Assembly (NCBI GenBank): GCA_963769935.1
Contig: CAVYNY010000011.1
Coordinates: forward strand, 448,001-512,000
DNA from: an uncultured delta proteobacterium
GTDB taxonomy: Bacteria; Desulfobacterota; Desulfobacteria; Desulfobacterales; JAFDCJ01
DNA length: 64,000 nucleotides
Direction: 5' to 3'
Position numbers and translations under genes: made by a program. Positions within the stretch are counted from its first letter, which is position 1. Every line of letters begins with the position of its first letter. Positions 9,207-18,677 of the stretch are shown here, piece after piece. Under the pieces are notes generated by a model, which made no database searches, had not been told where the DNA came from, and saw only the letters and a list, made by a program, of their open reading frames with translations.

Positions 9207-9887
9207 CTATTCTATTCTCTGCGGAGAATGGTCATAACCGGGTTTAAATGTAATAAAAGGTATCTTTATTTCCCCTCCAGACTCTTCAAGACCATGAATA
9301 ACCAAGTAAAAAACATCGTCTTCTGACGGGGGAGGGGTATCAAAAAATAGATCAACGCATTTGCTAAACTTGCCTCCTGGATAAGAATCGTCAATTGAAA
9401 TAGTATCGGGTAAAGGTGCTGCAATTGATCTATAGTATTCAGCAAAATTGAAATGATCTAGACTGAAGTCTTTTGTTTTCTTAACATATTTAATTTTTTG
9501 TAAATATTCGTGGAGTTCTACAGAACCACATTTCATAGGTTTAGCAAGAAATCTGCTTCCATCAGGAAATTCCACGTAAATCTTTGATGGCGAGATGGTT
9601 AAAAAATTTGATTCTGAGGTTACAAAAACCAATAATATAATGAATGCGCCTTTTGCCCCTTCCCCGTTGTCGACTTCAATTCGTATCTTAACATCTGGAC
9701 CTTTAATAATATCTACTAACGGATAACATCCTTCATAGCCACATTCTTCTGTTAATTTCCATATGGCACTTTCGGAAATACTCGGTTTGCTGAATATTAT
9801 AGGTGTATTCGTAAACGAGCATCCAGCAAAAATAATCACGGAAAGAGATAAATTTAGATATACGTAGTAATTGGTCCTGTTATTCAT
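9207..9887 (-). CDS. Hypothetical low-GC lipoprotein
   Basis: Start at ATG 9887; lipobox-like IFAGC; follows attC 10064-10124. Confidence 0.7.
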   Translation of the reverse strand: MNNRTNYYVYLNLSLSVIIFAGCSFTNTPIIFSKPSISESAIWKLTEECGYEGCYPLVDIIKGPDVKIRIEVDNGEGAKGAFIILLVFVTSESNFLTISPSKIYVEFPDGSRFLAKPMKCGSVELHEYLQKIKYVKKTKDFSLDHFNFAEYYRSIAAPLPDTISIDDSYPGGKFSKCVDLFFDTPPPSEDDVFYLVIHGLEESGGEIKIPFITFKPGYDHSPQRIE

Positions 9888-9900
9888 TCCTTTGCACTTA

Positions 9901-10056
9901 GGGTTCACGAAAAAATTAGTTCACAGTTTTAGGCGTTGAGGCGCCCGTCCGGCAAGGCGCGAAAACGCAGGAATATCTGGATATTCTGAGCTTTCGCAAC
10001 GCAGTCGGGCGGGATGCAGCGGCGTATAAAATGTGAAGTTATTTTTGAGTGAGCCC
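9901..10056. mobile_element. 156-bp MITE, copy 1
   Basis: Imperfect TIRs GGGTTCACGAAAAAAT / ATTTTTGAGTGAGCCC; TTA on both flanks; inverted homologue at 19400-19555. Confidence 0.88.
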
Positions 10057-10063
10057 TTAATCA

Positions 10064-10124
10064 ATACAACGGGCTCTTCAGCGGGCGCGGTTTTCTGCGC
10101 TCCGCTGCAGGAGCGGTGTTAAGG
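10064..10124 (-). repeat. attC site, closes the methyltransferase cassette
   Basis: R'' CCTTAAC contains the gene's stop codon; R' GTTGTAT; internal hairpin. Confidence 0.85.
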
Positions 10125-10775
10125 CCTCTTTGTTACTATTGGCTTCTTCGCAAATACGTATGCCCTTCGGCTTTGATACTCCACCTCAGGGTATGGCTCT
10201 CTTTCGATTATCTCTATGCTTTCAAACCGAGCATCTTTTATCAAAACAGAAATGAAGTCCGTTTTAAAGAACATGAAATCTATGTCCACATCTTTGCCAA
10301 GAAACGCATCCAGGTGAATTTCCCCATCACCGATGTGGTAGGTGAACAGGAATACGCCGCCAGGTTGCAATACGCGGAATATTTCACTGAACGCCTTTGC
10401 GACCTGCTCATGTGAAAAATGTACGATAGCGTAAAAAGCAACAATGCCGGCTATCAACTCGTTTTCAAATTCGAGGTCAAGAATATTGCCCTTGCGGAAG
10501 GTTATACCCGGGTGAATCACTTTAGCTTGCTCTATGAGCTTTTCAGAGATATCGAGCCCAGAAATCTCAACACCAAGGTTTCTTAGATATTCAGTAGTTT
10601 GTCCGGGACCGCAGCCAAAATCCCAGACCGGCTTTTTTCCCACAACCTCTTGAGAGAATCTGTAAAGAATTTCACGATCCTGCGGCTTTTTCTCGTGCTC
10701 ACTACAGAATTCCTCTGCATATTCCTTGGCTACTGTATCGTACGCTTCTGCTACTTTATTTGAGTTTTGTCCCAT
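10119..10775 (-). CDS. Class I SAM-dependent methyltransferase (gene cassette)
   Basis: WDFGCGPG, GLDISE, VLQPGG; true start ATG 10775 just after GTTAAGG. Confidence 0.9.
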   Translation of the reverse strand: MGQNSNKVAEAYDTVAKEYAEEFCSEHEKKPQDREILYRFSQEVVGKKPVWDFGCGPGQTTEYLRNLGVEISGLDISEKLIEQAKVIHPGITFRKGNILDLEFENELIAGIVAFYAIVHFSHEQVAKAFSEIFRVLQPGGVFLFTYHIGDGEIHLDAFLGKDVDIDFMFFKTDFISVLIKDARFESIEIIEREPYPEVEYQSRRAYVFAKKPIVTKRP

Positions 10776-10777
10776 AG

Positions 10778-10838
10778 CCTTAACGTTGCTAAGCAGCCGC
10801 GCGGTTTTTAGTGTCGGCTGAATTAGCATAGGTTATTG
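10778..10838 (-). repeat. attC site, closes the SDR cassette
   Basis: R'' CAATAAC ... CAGCCG/CGGCTG stem ... R' GTTAAGG. Confidence 0.85.
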
Positions 10839-10891
10839 ATTCGATTATTTTACATGCAACTTCATACAGTTTATTGTTTTAAAGCGCCATT

Positions 10892-11590
10892 CTACCACCT
10901 AACAGGCTTACCAAAACGATCTAGATATCGAAGGCCAATTTTTCCTTCTTGACCCACAATAGTATCAACAATATCGCCGATCACTTCTTCAACGGAAAAT
11001 TTCGCTTCTTGGCCGCCCAAGTCTGTTTTAATCCAGCCAGGGGCCAAGAGTAGAAGTGCGCGATCTTTTCCATTTCGAACCGCAAAACTTCTCATAATCA
11101 TGTTTAGTGCTGCTTTACTTGCTCGATAAACGTCGTTACCACCATTTTCGTTATTAGCAATGCTTCCTTGTCCCGACGACATAACGCCAATAATTCCACC
11201 TTGACGAACATTCTCGGTGAGTTGTTCAAGCACTCGCATTGGGGAAAGCGTATTCGTCACCATCACTCGAACGAACTCTTCAGTTGAAATCTCACCGATG
11301 GTTTCTTTCATACCCTTGTCGTTGGCGACACCCGCACTAACAAAAAGAAGGTCTAATGATTCTCCAATAAAATTAGATTTAAGGCGTTCAATTTGAGCTG
11401 GGATTGTCATATCGAGATATTGTATCTGAAGTTTACCTTTCCATTTTTCAGACAGATCATGGAGCTTGGTTCTCTTACCCTCTCGTACAGTTCCAATTAC
11501 ATTCCAATTACGCTTTAATAACTCTTCTGCAATAGCTAACCCAAGTCCTCTTGAAGACCCAACTATGAGAGCGGTCTTAATTTTCGACAT
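10892..11590 (-). CDS. Short-chain dehydrogenase/reductase (gene cassette)
   Basis: GSSRGLG, YRASK, PGWIKTD. Confidence 0.92.
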   Translation of the reverse strand: MSKIKTALIVGSSRGLGLAIAEELLKRNWNVIGTVREGKRTKLHDLSEKWKGKLQIQYLDMTIPAQIERLKSNFIGESLDLLFVSAGVANDKGMKETIGEISTEEFVRVMVTNTLSPMRVLEQLTENVRQGGIIGVMSSGQGSIANNENGGNDVYRASKAALNMIMRSFAVRNGKDRALLLLAPGWIKTDLGGQEAKFSVEEVIGDIVDTIVGQEGKIGLRYLDRFGKPVRW

Positions 11591-11673
11591 ATTTTCTCCT
11601 TCTTTTATCTTTTCGACGAATTTTAATCGCTACAACGAATTTTATTTTCCATATTCAACGCTTTAGCGCGCAG

Positions 11674-11734
11674 CGTTAACCTAACCAACCGGAGCCTCGC
11701 AGTTTGCGGCTTCCGGTGGAATAACTGGTTATGC
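11674..11734 (-). repeat. attC site, partly degenerate
   Basis: R'' GCATAAC, L'' ATTCCACC, stem CCGGAAGC/GCTCCGG; irregular R' side. Confidence 0.7.
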
Positions 11735-11755
11735 TCAGCGTCGGTGGATGCAGCG

Positions 11756-12826
11756 CTACTGTGTGGTCCTGAATACATCAGTGATAAGGTAGTCGTCGTT
11801 GACACCGCCTCCTGCGGCGTTTGGCTGTTGGGCCCCTGCTTTGGCCAATCCATACATGGCCTCAAGTGTACGAAGGATGTTGACGTGCGTAATGCCTTTA
11901 CCTTCAGGGTAATTACCGCGTTTGATGTGGGCTCCCGCAAAGATGGTAACTATACGATTCTTAAGGTCCATACAGTACTCCTTATCTCGACCATTGCCAA
12001 CGCAGGATTGCACGTCGACCAAGGGATTTGTTAGTCCCTGGTAGCGCCGTTTGTCATTGTTTTCATCGAATGTGAGAATGAGAAGGCTGTTGTGACCATT
12101 TGCCCATTGATAATAGGAATCGATGTTCTCCTGCAGCCAAAGGTCACCTGCCGGAATGCTTTTGGTGATGGGACCATTGTGCATGTCGTTATCCAAATTG
12201 GGAATTACAAAGGCAATGGTTGGCAATGTGTGGTACTGGGTTGAATCTGACGGAAAGTCCTCAAACCTGAGATTCGACGATTCGGCGACTGTTGTGCCGT
12301 TGGGTACGTTGGCAAAACTTATCCAGGGGACATGTTTTCGCGCATAAAGGCCTGTCGAATCCTTCTCGCCCCTGAAGCCGATATAAGGCAGGCCCTCTGA
12401 GTAGCTTTTGAAGGAAAGTCCTTTATTAATCAGTTGCTTACTCAGATTCGCCTTCTTGAATGGATAGTTGAAATGATTCTCCTCAGATGGTACTTGGTCG
12501 ATAAATCCGACCGTCTGATTGTCTCCTGAGAACATCCAGAAGTAGTTGCCCTGGCTGAAGTGTTCCTCACCATACATCTGGGTGAAATTGGCTCCTTATT
12601 TCTTGAGCACCTTGTTGATGTAAGGCGCGCTAACGTTACCGATGCTCTCTTCGTAATCCTTGTTTTCCTCTACGACAATTACCACGTGATCATAGACGGG
12701 CAGACCGGCAGGCCAGGCGAGACGAGGGGTCTCTGGAGCCGGTTTTCTCACAGAATCCAGATGGACACTAGTCGTGCAGGAAACGAGCGCAAAAAGAAGG
12801 GCTAAAATCGACGCGAGTCTTATCAT
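11756..12826 (-). pseudogene. Phosphoesterase/acid phosphatase lipoprotein with an in-frame stop
   Basis: Both ORFs share one frame, split by TAA at 12596-12598. DHVVIVVEENK, HFSQGNY, DMHNG, LTFDE motifs. Confidence 0.8.
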
Positions 12827-12863
12827 GAAACATGCTCCTTCTCGTGATGTTATTTGTTCTCTG

Positions 12864-12966
12864 GCAGAACGAGAAAGTGAGCAGCGGCCGATTTCAGTGT
12901 CAAGATAGCACGGTCTTTACGAAAAACCGCTATCTACACGCCGTCTGCTCAACTGGTTGGTTGGCC
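12864..12966 (-). repeat. attC site (103 bp), closes the HepT/MntA cassette
   Basis: R'' GGCCAAC ... R' GTTCTGC; homologous to 5953-6055. Confidence 0.8.
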
Positions 12967-13308
12967 TTTTTCTATTGCTTCAAGCAGAGTTTGAAGTTTC
13001 ATGCGAAGGTCTGAAAGTTTGGTTGTTGCAACATCCCAGACTATTGTGTAATCAACTCCAAAATAATCATGGATAAGCCTATCTCGCATTCCAGTGATTT
13101 TTCGCCACTCGATGTCCGGTTGCATCACCCTAACATCCTCCGGCAGTTTTTGGGAGGCTTCACCGATGATCTCGAGACTTCGAACGAAGGCCCTCTTAAC
13201 AGTTGGATTCCTGACAAATGACTCATAATCCATATCAGATATCTGATTTAAGATGAAGTCGATCTCGTCAAGGATATGATGGATATATTCAAGCGGCGAT
13301 AGGGACAC
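12949..13308 (-). CDS. HEPN/DUF86 (HepT-like) RNase toxin
   Basis: LEIIGEA and RDRLIHDY (Rx4H) motifs. Confidence 0.9.
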   Translation of the reverse strand: MSLSPLEYIHHILDEIDFILNQISDMDYESFVRNPTVKRAFVRSLEIIGEASQKLPEDVRVMQPDIEWRKITGMRDRLIHDYFGVDYTIVWDVATTKLSDLRMKLQTLLEAIEKGQPTS

Positions 13309-13606
13309 GCTCTACCTCCCTTAAAATATGTGGTCCGATGTGTGGACTGAGAGCCTCTGGCGTAATCAACTCGACTTTGCGTCCCAGAATTTCTTCCAAC
13401 AGAAATGCAACTTCCATAAAATTGTCGAAAGTGTGCTTTTCAGGCGTGAATTCCGCGAGGATATCTATGTCGCTCAAAGGTGTCTGGTCACCTCGGACAA
13501 AAGAGCCGAATAGTCCAATATTTTTGACGCCATAGAATGCAAGTTGTTTTTTTTCGGCTAAAATGCGCTTAAATATTAACTCTTTAGCGTTAGTCTTTTC
13601 ATTCAT
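13289..13606 (-). CDS. Minimal nucleotidyltransferase (MntA-like) antitoxin
   Basis: LFGSFVRGDQTPLSDIDI. Confidence 0.9.
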   Translation of the reverse strand: MNEKTNAKELIFKRILAEKKQLAFYGVKNIGLFGSFVRGDQTPLSDIDILAEFTPEKHTFDNFMEVAFLLEEILGRKVELITPEALSPHIGPHILREVERVPIAA

Positions 13607-13655
13607 GGGGTATCCTCCTAAATGCCTTTAACCAAACCAGAATACATTAAAATTT

Positions 13656-13721
13656 AGGGGGACATGGGGGTCGCATCTCAAAAAGGGGGACATGGGGGTC
13701 GCATCTCAAATATTAAGTATT
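13656..13721 (+). repeat. Tandem 27-bp repeat (period 28) forming the left terminal repeat of the RAYT-like element
   Basis: AGGGGGACATGGGGGTCGCATCTCAAA at 13656-13682 and 13684-13710. Confidence 0.9.
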
Positions 13722-14678
13722 TTCCTTCTGATTCGATCCTCCCGCCCCTTAAGCTTGCGATCCGTCTCAAGTTTTTTCGCGATCCGGTCATGCCGAGCCG
13801 CGATTCCAGCTCCGGAGATGTCGAACCGCCTGCCCAGGACGACACTGGTTTCTCCCGTCATTTCCCTGCAAAGATAAATCGCCACATCCCGGGCTAAATT
13901 CCTCTTTTTCCCTTTTTGTAGGATGCTTTCTATCCCGCAACCGAATTCGTCGGAAACCGCTTGAATAAGATCATCGGGCGTTGGGCGGGGTTTCAGGATT
14001 TTCAGTTGGGGGATCTCCTGGCTGTTCGATTCCTTGCTTAAAAATGTCTTCTTCACCCAGTTTACGAAATCGACTCGCCCCAAAACAACACCGCCTACGA
14101 CGTCATCGGACGGATTCTCAATCTTTATGTTTTCGACCGACTCGACAAATTCACGGTATCTTTTTTTCGCGATGTCTCCTGTCCTCTCCGAACAGCGACA
14201 ATAACCAGTCCGTCTCCAGCCATTCCGGAGACTCAACATAGCCGCTTAAAGCCCGGTAGCTGCTCCATGGATAGTCTCTGCAATGTTCAACCATCCCCGC
14301 CCGCACCGGATTCAGATGGATATATCGCGACAGGTGCTTTAAATATTCATCCGCGTCCACCAGCACGGCTTTGAAGCGCCCTTGGAACAGATGACCGAAG
14401 CGTCTTCGTTTGCGATTGAAATACACCGAATAACCGACGTTGATCCATTTGATCGCCTGACTCAGGTTCGCATGGGGAGTTTCTATCAAAAAGTGATAAT
14501 GCGTGCTCATCAGGCAAAAGGTATGCACCTTGATTCCGTATCGTTTCACCGCCTCGCCGACATATTCCAAGAACTTTTCCCGGTCCCGCTCGCTCCTATA
14601 TATATTCATTCCCGTGTTTCCGCGATTCATCACGTGATAGAAAGCACCCGGGAATTCTATTCTTAACGGCCGCGCCAT
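13706..14678 (-). CDS. HUH/Y1 transposase (RAYT/IS200-like) with C-terminal DnaA_C-like HTH; one frameshift near 14200
   Basis: YHVMNRG, MSTHYH (HuH), GHLFQGRF, YIHLNPVRAG, WSSY; second ORF ends RDVAIYLCREMTGETSVVLGRRF. Confidence 0.85.
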
Positions 14679-14728
14679 TCAAAAATACCTTTTTGTTTCG
14701 CTAAAAAGCATCTTCTTTTGTTTTTCGC

Positions 14729-14757
14729 ACGCTATCTTAACGGCATGGCCTTGTCAA
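14729..14757 (-). promoter_or_regulatory. Putative sigma70 promoter of the RAYT-like gene
   Basis: TTGACA-17 nt-TAGCGT. Confidence 0.5.
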
Positions 14758-14763
14758 TACTTT

Positions 14764-17022
14764 GTAGAGTAGAACATCGGTGCAGTGGCTGCAGGCGTCG
14801 GCGGCATCTCTGCCGATTTCCCGGCAGACCTCAGTCCGACTACCATACCTTCCTTCCCTTAGTCCCCTCGTCGAACCGGACGTCGGGTTTTCCCCGGTAC
14901 GGCTCACCGACGACCTTCCCCATGTGTTTATCAGTAACCGTTGCCGTTGAATTACAGTGACTAACCGAACTGGTATAATCCCAGTCGAACAACTAAATTG
15001 TTGTGGACTCTCCAAGTGCCCCTCGATCGATCACTGTACTTCCGCTTCAGGAATATTCGCAGCCGTTCGCGGACAAAGGCATTGAGCTTGCGAAGCCGTT
15101 TGAGCACCGGTCTTGTCGCTTTGTGATAATTGTTCCAACCCCGTATTACCGGTGTCAGCTCTTTTATCAACTCCTCCAGCGATAGACTATAGCGTCGCCC
15201 AATGACTTCCTTCACTCGTTGCCTGATGCGGCCCATCGAACGCTCTGAAGGCCATATTGCGCAGAACTGCTTTGATTTCGAGTTCTTCTTGCGCACCGGA
15301 CACAGACGCAAATGCACGCCGAGAAAATCAAACCCGTCTTTCGCTTTAACCATACGCGTTTTATCCGGGTGCAGCTTCAAGCCAAGACGTCCCAGCATCT
15401 GCTCCACCTGCTTTTTAACCTGCTTTCCGTTACGCCACAGCAAGATAACAAAATCATCCGCATATCTTACCAGTGTTCCTGGAATTCCCGACATCTGGAA
15501 CATTTTGTCAAACGAGTGTAGATAGATATTGCTCAGCAACGGTGAAATTACACCACCTTGCGGAGTTCCCAGCCCGTTCGTTTCGATATATTTGCCCTCT
15601 TCCATGACCCCGGCTTCCAACCACATGCGAATTAACTTTAAAACACGCGCATCAGCGATGCGGCGTTCAACCAGTTCCAGTAGAATATCCTGGCGAATAT
15701 TGTCGAAAAATCCCGTTATATCGGCGTCAAAAACGATGCGCTGACCTTTGAAGGTAATCCTGCGTTCTATTATACGGATCGCGTCATGGGCGCTTCGCCC
15801 CGGACGAAATCCGTGAGAACAATCCAAAAAATTGGCCTCAAATATCGGCTCGATTACCAGTTTGGTCGCCATCTGGCAAACGCGGTCAAAAATAACCGGA
15901 ACCCCAAGCGGCCTTTTCTCAGGTTTGCCCGGTTTGTCGATATAGCACCGCAGCACTGGCTGCGGCCGGTACCGCTTGCTTTTTAATTGCTCGCGGACTT
16001 CCGCCAGAAATTGATCCACACCAATTACATCCTCGATGTATTCAAAATCCTGCCGATCGACTCCAGGTGCACCCTTGTTGGCCTTGACGCGCTTCCAGGC
16101 CTCCAAAACAACATCTTCACGATAGATCTTATCGTAAAGAGCCCCGAATCTCCTATCCAGCGACTGCTTCGCTGCATGGGACAGTTTAGACTGCAAGTCA
16201 GAAACTTTGTTCCGCACGTTCATAGCTCCTTGAGCACTCATGCCTTCTTACTGTTAACAGATAGAAATGCAACTGGTGTTTAAACCGATGATGATTCGGG
16301 ACAGTTCGAGTTCTTGGCCCGGTGGTCGCACCGTTCCCCAACGACTGCCGGTTGGGTTTTGTTAAAGCGGGGTCCCCGTAAACCCGCACCTTATCCTCAC
16401 CCTCAAATCTATCCACTGTTCCGCATTTCAACTCACACCCTAAACGCGGTCGAAGTATGGCCCCACGCTCAGGACAGGTTATGTTGTCCTGCCCGTCGTC
16501 ACTTCCAGGCCACTCCGACTTCCCTACGCCCATCACCTCCATCTTGCCGGTTTCACCCGACTTGATACAGGCTTACCGCAGGCGGAGACCTGCGGAGACG
16601 CTGGGATCTCAGGTCTTTCCTCCATTATCTGTCACCGCATGCCGTTGGCCTTACCCCGGGTCCCTACCAGGTGCGCATACCCTTTGCTTCCCTGGTAGCT
16701 CTGGCCTTCTCCCAAATTATAGAGGATCGGCGGGTATCCCTGCGATGCAGGGTTTATCCCTCAATCGGACTCTCCCAGCTATAGCCGTCCGATCACATCT
16801 TACGAGGCTGCACCATTCGCGTCATGCTACGGCCTGCGGTTTTGGCCGGCACCCCTGACTGGGTAAAACCCGCATATCCTGCGAGCCGTCTCGGTACCGT
16901 GTCGGGGCAAGTTCAGCCCGCGTGTTACCACGCGAACCCGCCCTCTGCCTTCATATCCATAAGGGCAACTGATATGATAACCTCCTTTCAGGTTACTAGA
17001 TAATGGTCTCGCGACCTCGTAC
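14764..17022 (-). mobile_element. Group II intron, full length (~2.26 kb)
   Basis: 5' end GTACG; domain V GAGCCGTACCGGGGAAAACCCGACGTCCGGTTC; 3' end CTACTCTAC; EBS1 at 16714-16720 pairs with the 5' exon. Confidence 0.9.
14961..16241 (-). CDS. ltrA: Group II intron reverse transcriptase/maturase, no endonuclease domain
   Basis: NKGAPGVD, RPLGVP, SHGFRPGRS, GTPQGGVISPLLSN, RYADD, FDFLG, IRGWNNY. Confidence 0.95.
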   Translation of the reverse strand: MSAQGAMNVRNKVSDLQSKLSHAAKQSLDRRFGALYDKIYREDVVLEAWKRVKANKGAPGVDRQDFEYIEDVIGVDQFLAEVREQLKSKRYRPQPVLRCYIDKPGKPEKRPLGVPVIFDRVCQMATKLVIEPIFEANFLDCSHGFRPGRSAHDAIRIIERRITFKGQRIVFDADITGFFDNIRQDILLELVERRIADARVLKLIRMWLEAGVMEEGKYIETNGLGTPQGGVISPLLSNIYLHSFDKMFQMSGIPGTLVRYADDFVILLWRNGKQVKKQVEQMLGRLGLKLHPDKTRMVKAKDGFDFLGVHLRLCPVRKKNSKSKQFCAIWPSERSMGRIRQRVKEVIGRRYSLSLEELIKELTPVIRGWNNYHKATRPVLKRLRKLNAFVRERLRIFLKRKYSDRSRGTWRVHNNLVVRLGLYQFG

Positions 17023-17434
17023 ATAATTTAGATGCGACCCTGGAGACCTTCATCAAGCAGGATATTCAATATCGCCGGCAGGCCGGCAATCATTGAACCC
17101 GGCGCTTGCCGGACCGGGACGTTTATCATTCGGCCGGTTTCATTTTTTTCCGATTTTAAGAGTGGTTGACCGTCAATCGCTCCAATAGGCGATTTTCAAT
17201 CGACGCCGGCGAGTGTTTCAATCCCCAGAAACCCGAACTCCCTGTTTTGCCCGGGCGCCTTTCCCCAACCATTTGCTGTCAATTAACCGTGCCCCACATT
17301 TCAACCTTGCCCAAAAAAAATCAATCTGGTTATCGGAAATGACCAAGTCAGAGGGGTGACGTCCATTTTCTCCCCCGCCCTCGGTTCCTCCCGCCAGGCA
17401 AGGGAAGCAATATTACCCCGCGCTTGGGCTTTGC

Positions 17435-17495
17435 AGATAACCGGGAAGATAAATGTTGACAATAAAACCCGCTTTCGTTATCCGGATAGTTATGC
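17435..17495 (-). repeat. attC-like site after the DUF4926 gene
   Basis: GCATAAC (holds the stop codon) ... GATAA/TTATC ... GTTATCT; weak central pairing. Confidence 0.5.
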
Positions 17496-17719
17496 CGCCT
17501 GTAGTTTCCTAGCATGCAGGATTTCTTTATCTTGCATTATACGAACATCTTCAGATTTTAGGTTACGACAGCAAGAGTGCCGCCACGTCCAGTTATAAAT
17601 TCTGTTTCAAAAGCTTTGTTGTCTTTGTAAGAATGTACAACAGCACCAATATCTCCTTCTTTGAGACCGTACTCAGGCAGATCCTTGGTCAAAACAACTG
17701 TGTCCAGTTCTTTTATTAT
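17490..17719 (-). pseudogene. DUF4926 family small protein, frameshifted
   Basis: Own translation: IKELDTVVLTKDLPEYGLKEGDIGAVVH..FETEF..TLAVVT / LKSEDVR..EILHARKLQAA*. Confidence 0.75.
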
Positions 17720-17746
17720 TTCTCTCTCCTTTCAAACACCAACTTT

Positions 17747-17970
17747 TCAAATAGGATATGCCGTCACAAATCGCGGACAGGCATCTTGAGGATCAATTAC
17801 CCAAACGGTACGCAACTGTACAGATGTTCCCTTAGGTGTAACAAGTTCTCCATCTATAACATACTTTGTCCCGAAATCGGCGGCGATTTCTTGGAAAACG
17901 GCGTCAGATCGGGCAATCATTACCAACGAATCTGCCAAGCCATCAGTATTTTCTGCTTTATAACCAATAG
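17747..17970 (-). pseudogene. 5'-truncated DUF6883-like protein (usual partner of DUF4926)
   Basis: FGTKYVIDGELVTPKG..LRTVWVID..PRFVTAYP; N-terminus missing. Confidence 0.65.
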
Positions 17971-17977
17971 TTCTGCC

Positions 17978-18298
17978 TTAAAGCGCGAGTTGGGTGGCAA
18001 TTGCTTTGCCGATACCTTCCATCTCGGTGGAAGATATCGAGCCTGCCGAATTGATAAGCCGTTTTTTGCTTACCGTGGTGAGCTGATCTGCCATCGCCTT
18101 AGCCTTTTTACCACGAAACGTCACATAGGCTTCACTTGGGAAAAGTTTATCAACACTGCTTGTTAAGGGCACAACTTGAACTCTGTTCAAATAATGATTG
18201 GCAGCATCATTGCTTACGATGACGGCTGGTCTCTGTTTGCGGATCTCACCTCCGATGGAAGGATCGAAATTAACCCACCATACTTCACCTCTCTTCAT
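17978..18298 (-). CDS. mazF: MazF/PemK toxin
   Basis: MKRGEVWWVNFDPSIGGEIRKQRPAVIVSND, VVPLTS. Confidence 0.92.
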   Translation of the reverse strand: MKRGEVWWVNFDPSIGGEIRKQRPAVIVSNDAANHYLNRVQVVPLTSSVDKLFPSEAYVTFRGKKAKAMADQLTTVSKKRLINSAGSISSTEMEGIGKAIATQLAL

Positions 18299-18515
18299 CG
18301 CCAAAATCTCCAGTCGTACCTTCGGCCCACTCAAGGGCTTCAGACTCTCTTATTTGATCAGCAGCCATCTCTTCATACGCAGCATACATATCTTTTTTTA
18401 CAACATGCGGGCGTACTAAGTCCTCAATAAAGCGGCTGATTTTTCGTGGTCCGATGACGGTTCGCAAACCTTCATAAACCTCTTCGTCGATGGTTACTGT
18501 AAGTTTCTTTTGCAT
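18285..18515 (-). CDS. Antitoxin of the MazF module
   Basis: MQKKLTVTIDEEVYEGL; overlaps the toxin start. Confidence 0.8.
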   Translation of the reverse strand: MQKKLTVTIDEEVYEGLRTVIGPRKISRFIEDLVRPHVVKKDMYAAYEEMAADQIRESEALEWAEGTTGDFGDEER

Positions 18516-18595
18516 TACGAGCACCTCCTTAAATATTACACGTATAATAACACGTGCAATTTGCGGGGTCAAGAGGTCAGAAATATCCTTACGAT

Positions 18596-18677
18596 GCAGA
18601 ATCGCTGCGGATCAGCAGCAATCCCGCAGGCAAGCTTGCTTGCCGGTGGGATTGACTGCTGAATCCGCTGGTTGTGA
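18596..18677 (-). repeat. attC site with mutated R' (ATTCTGC)
   Basis: R'' TCACAAC, L'' GATTCAGC / L' GCTGATC, long stem; R' complements GCAGAAC just after the mazF stop. Confidence 0.75.

Noticed and set aside
14961..16241. DGR, retron or defence reverse transcriptase
   Set aside because: Clear group II intron domains V/VI and maturase domain; no template/variable repeat pair or msr-msd seen
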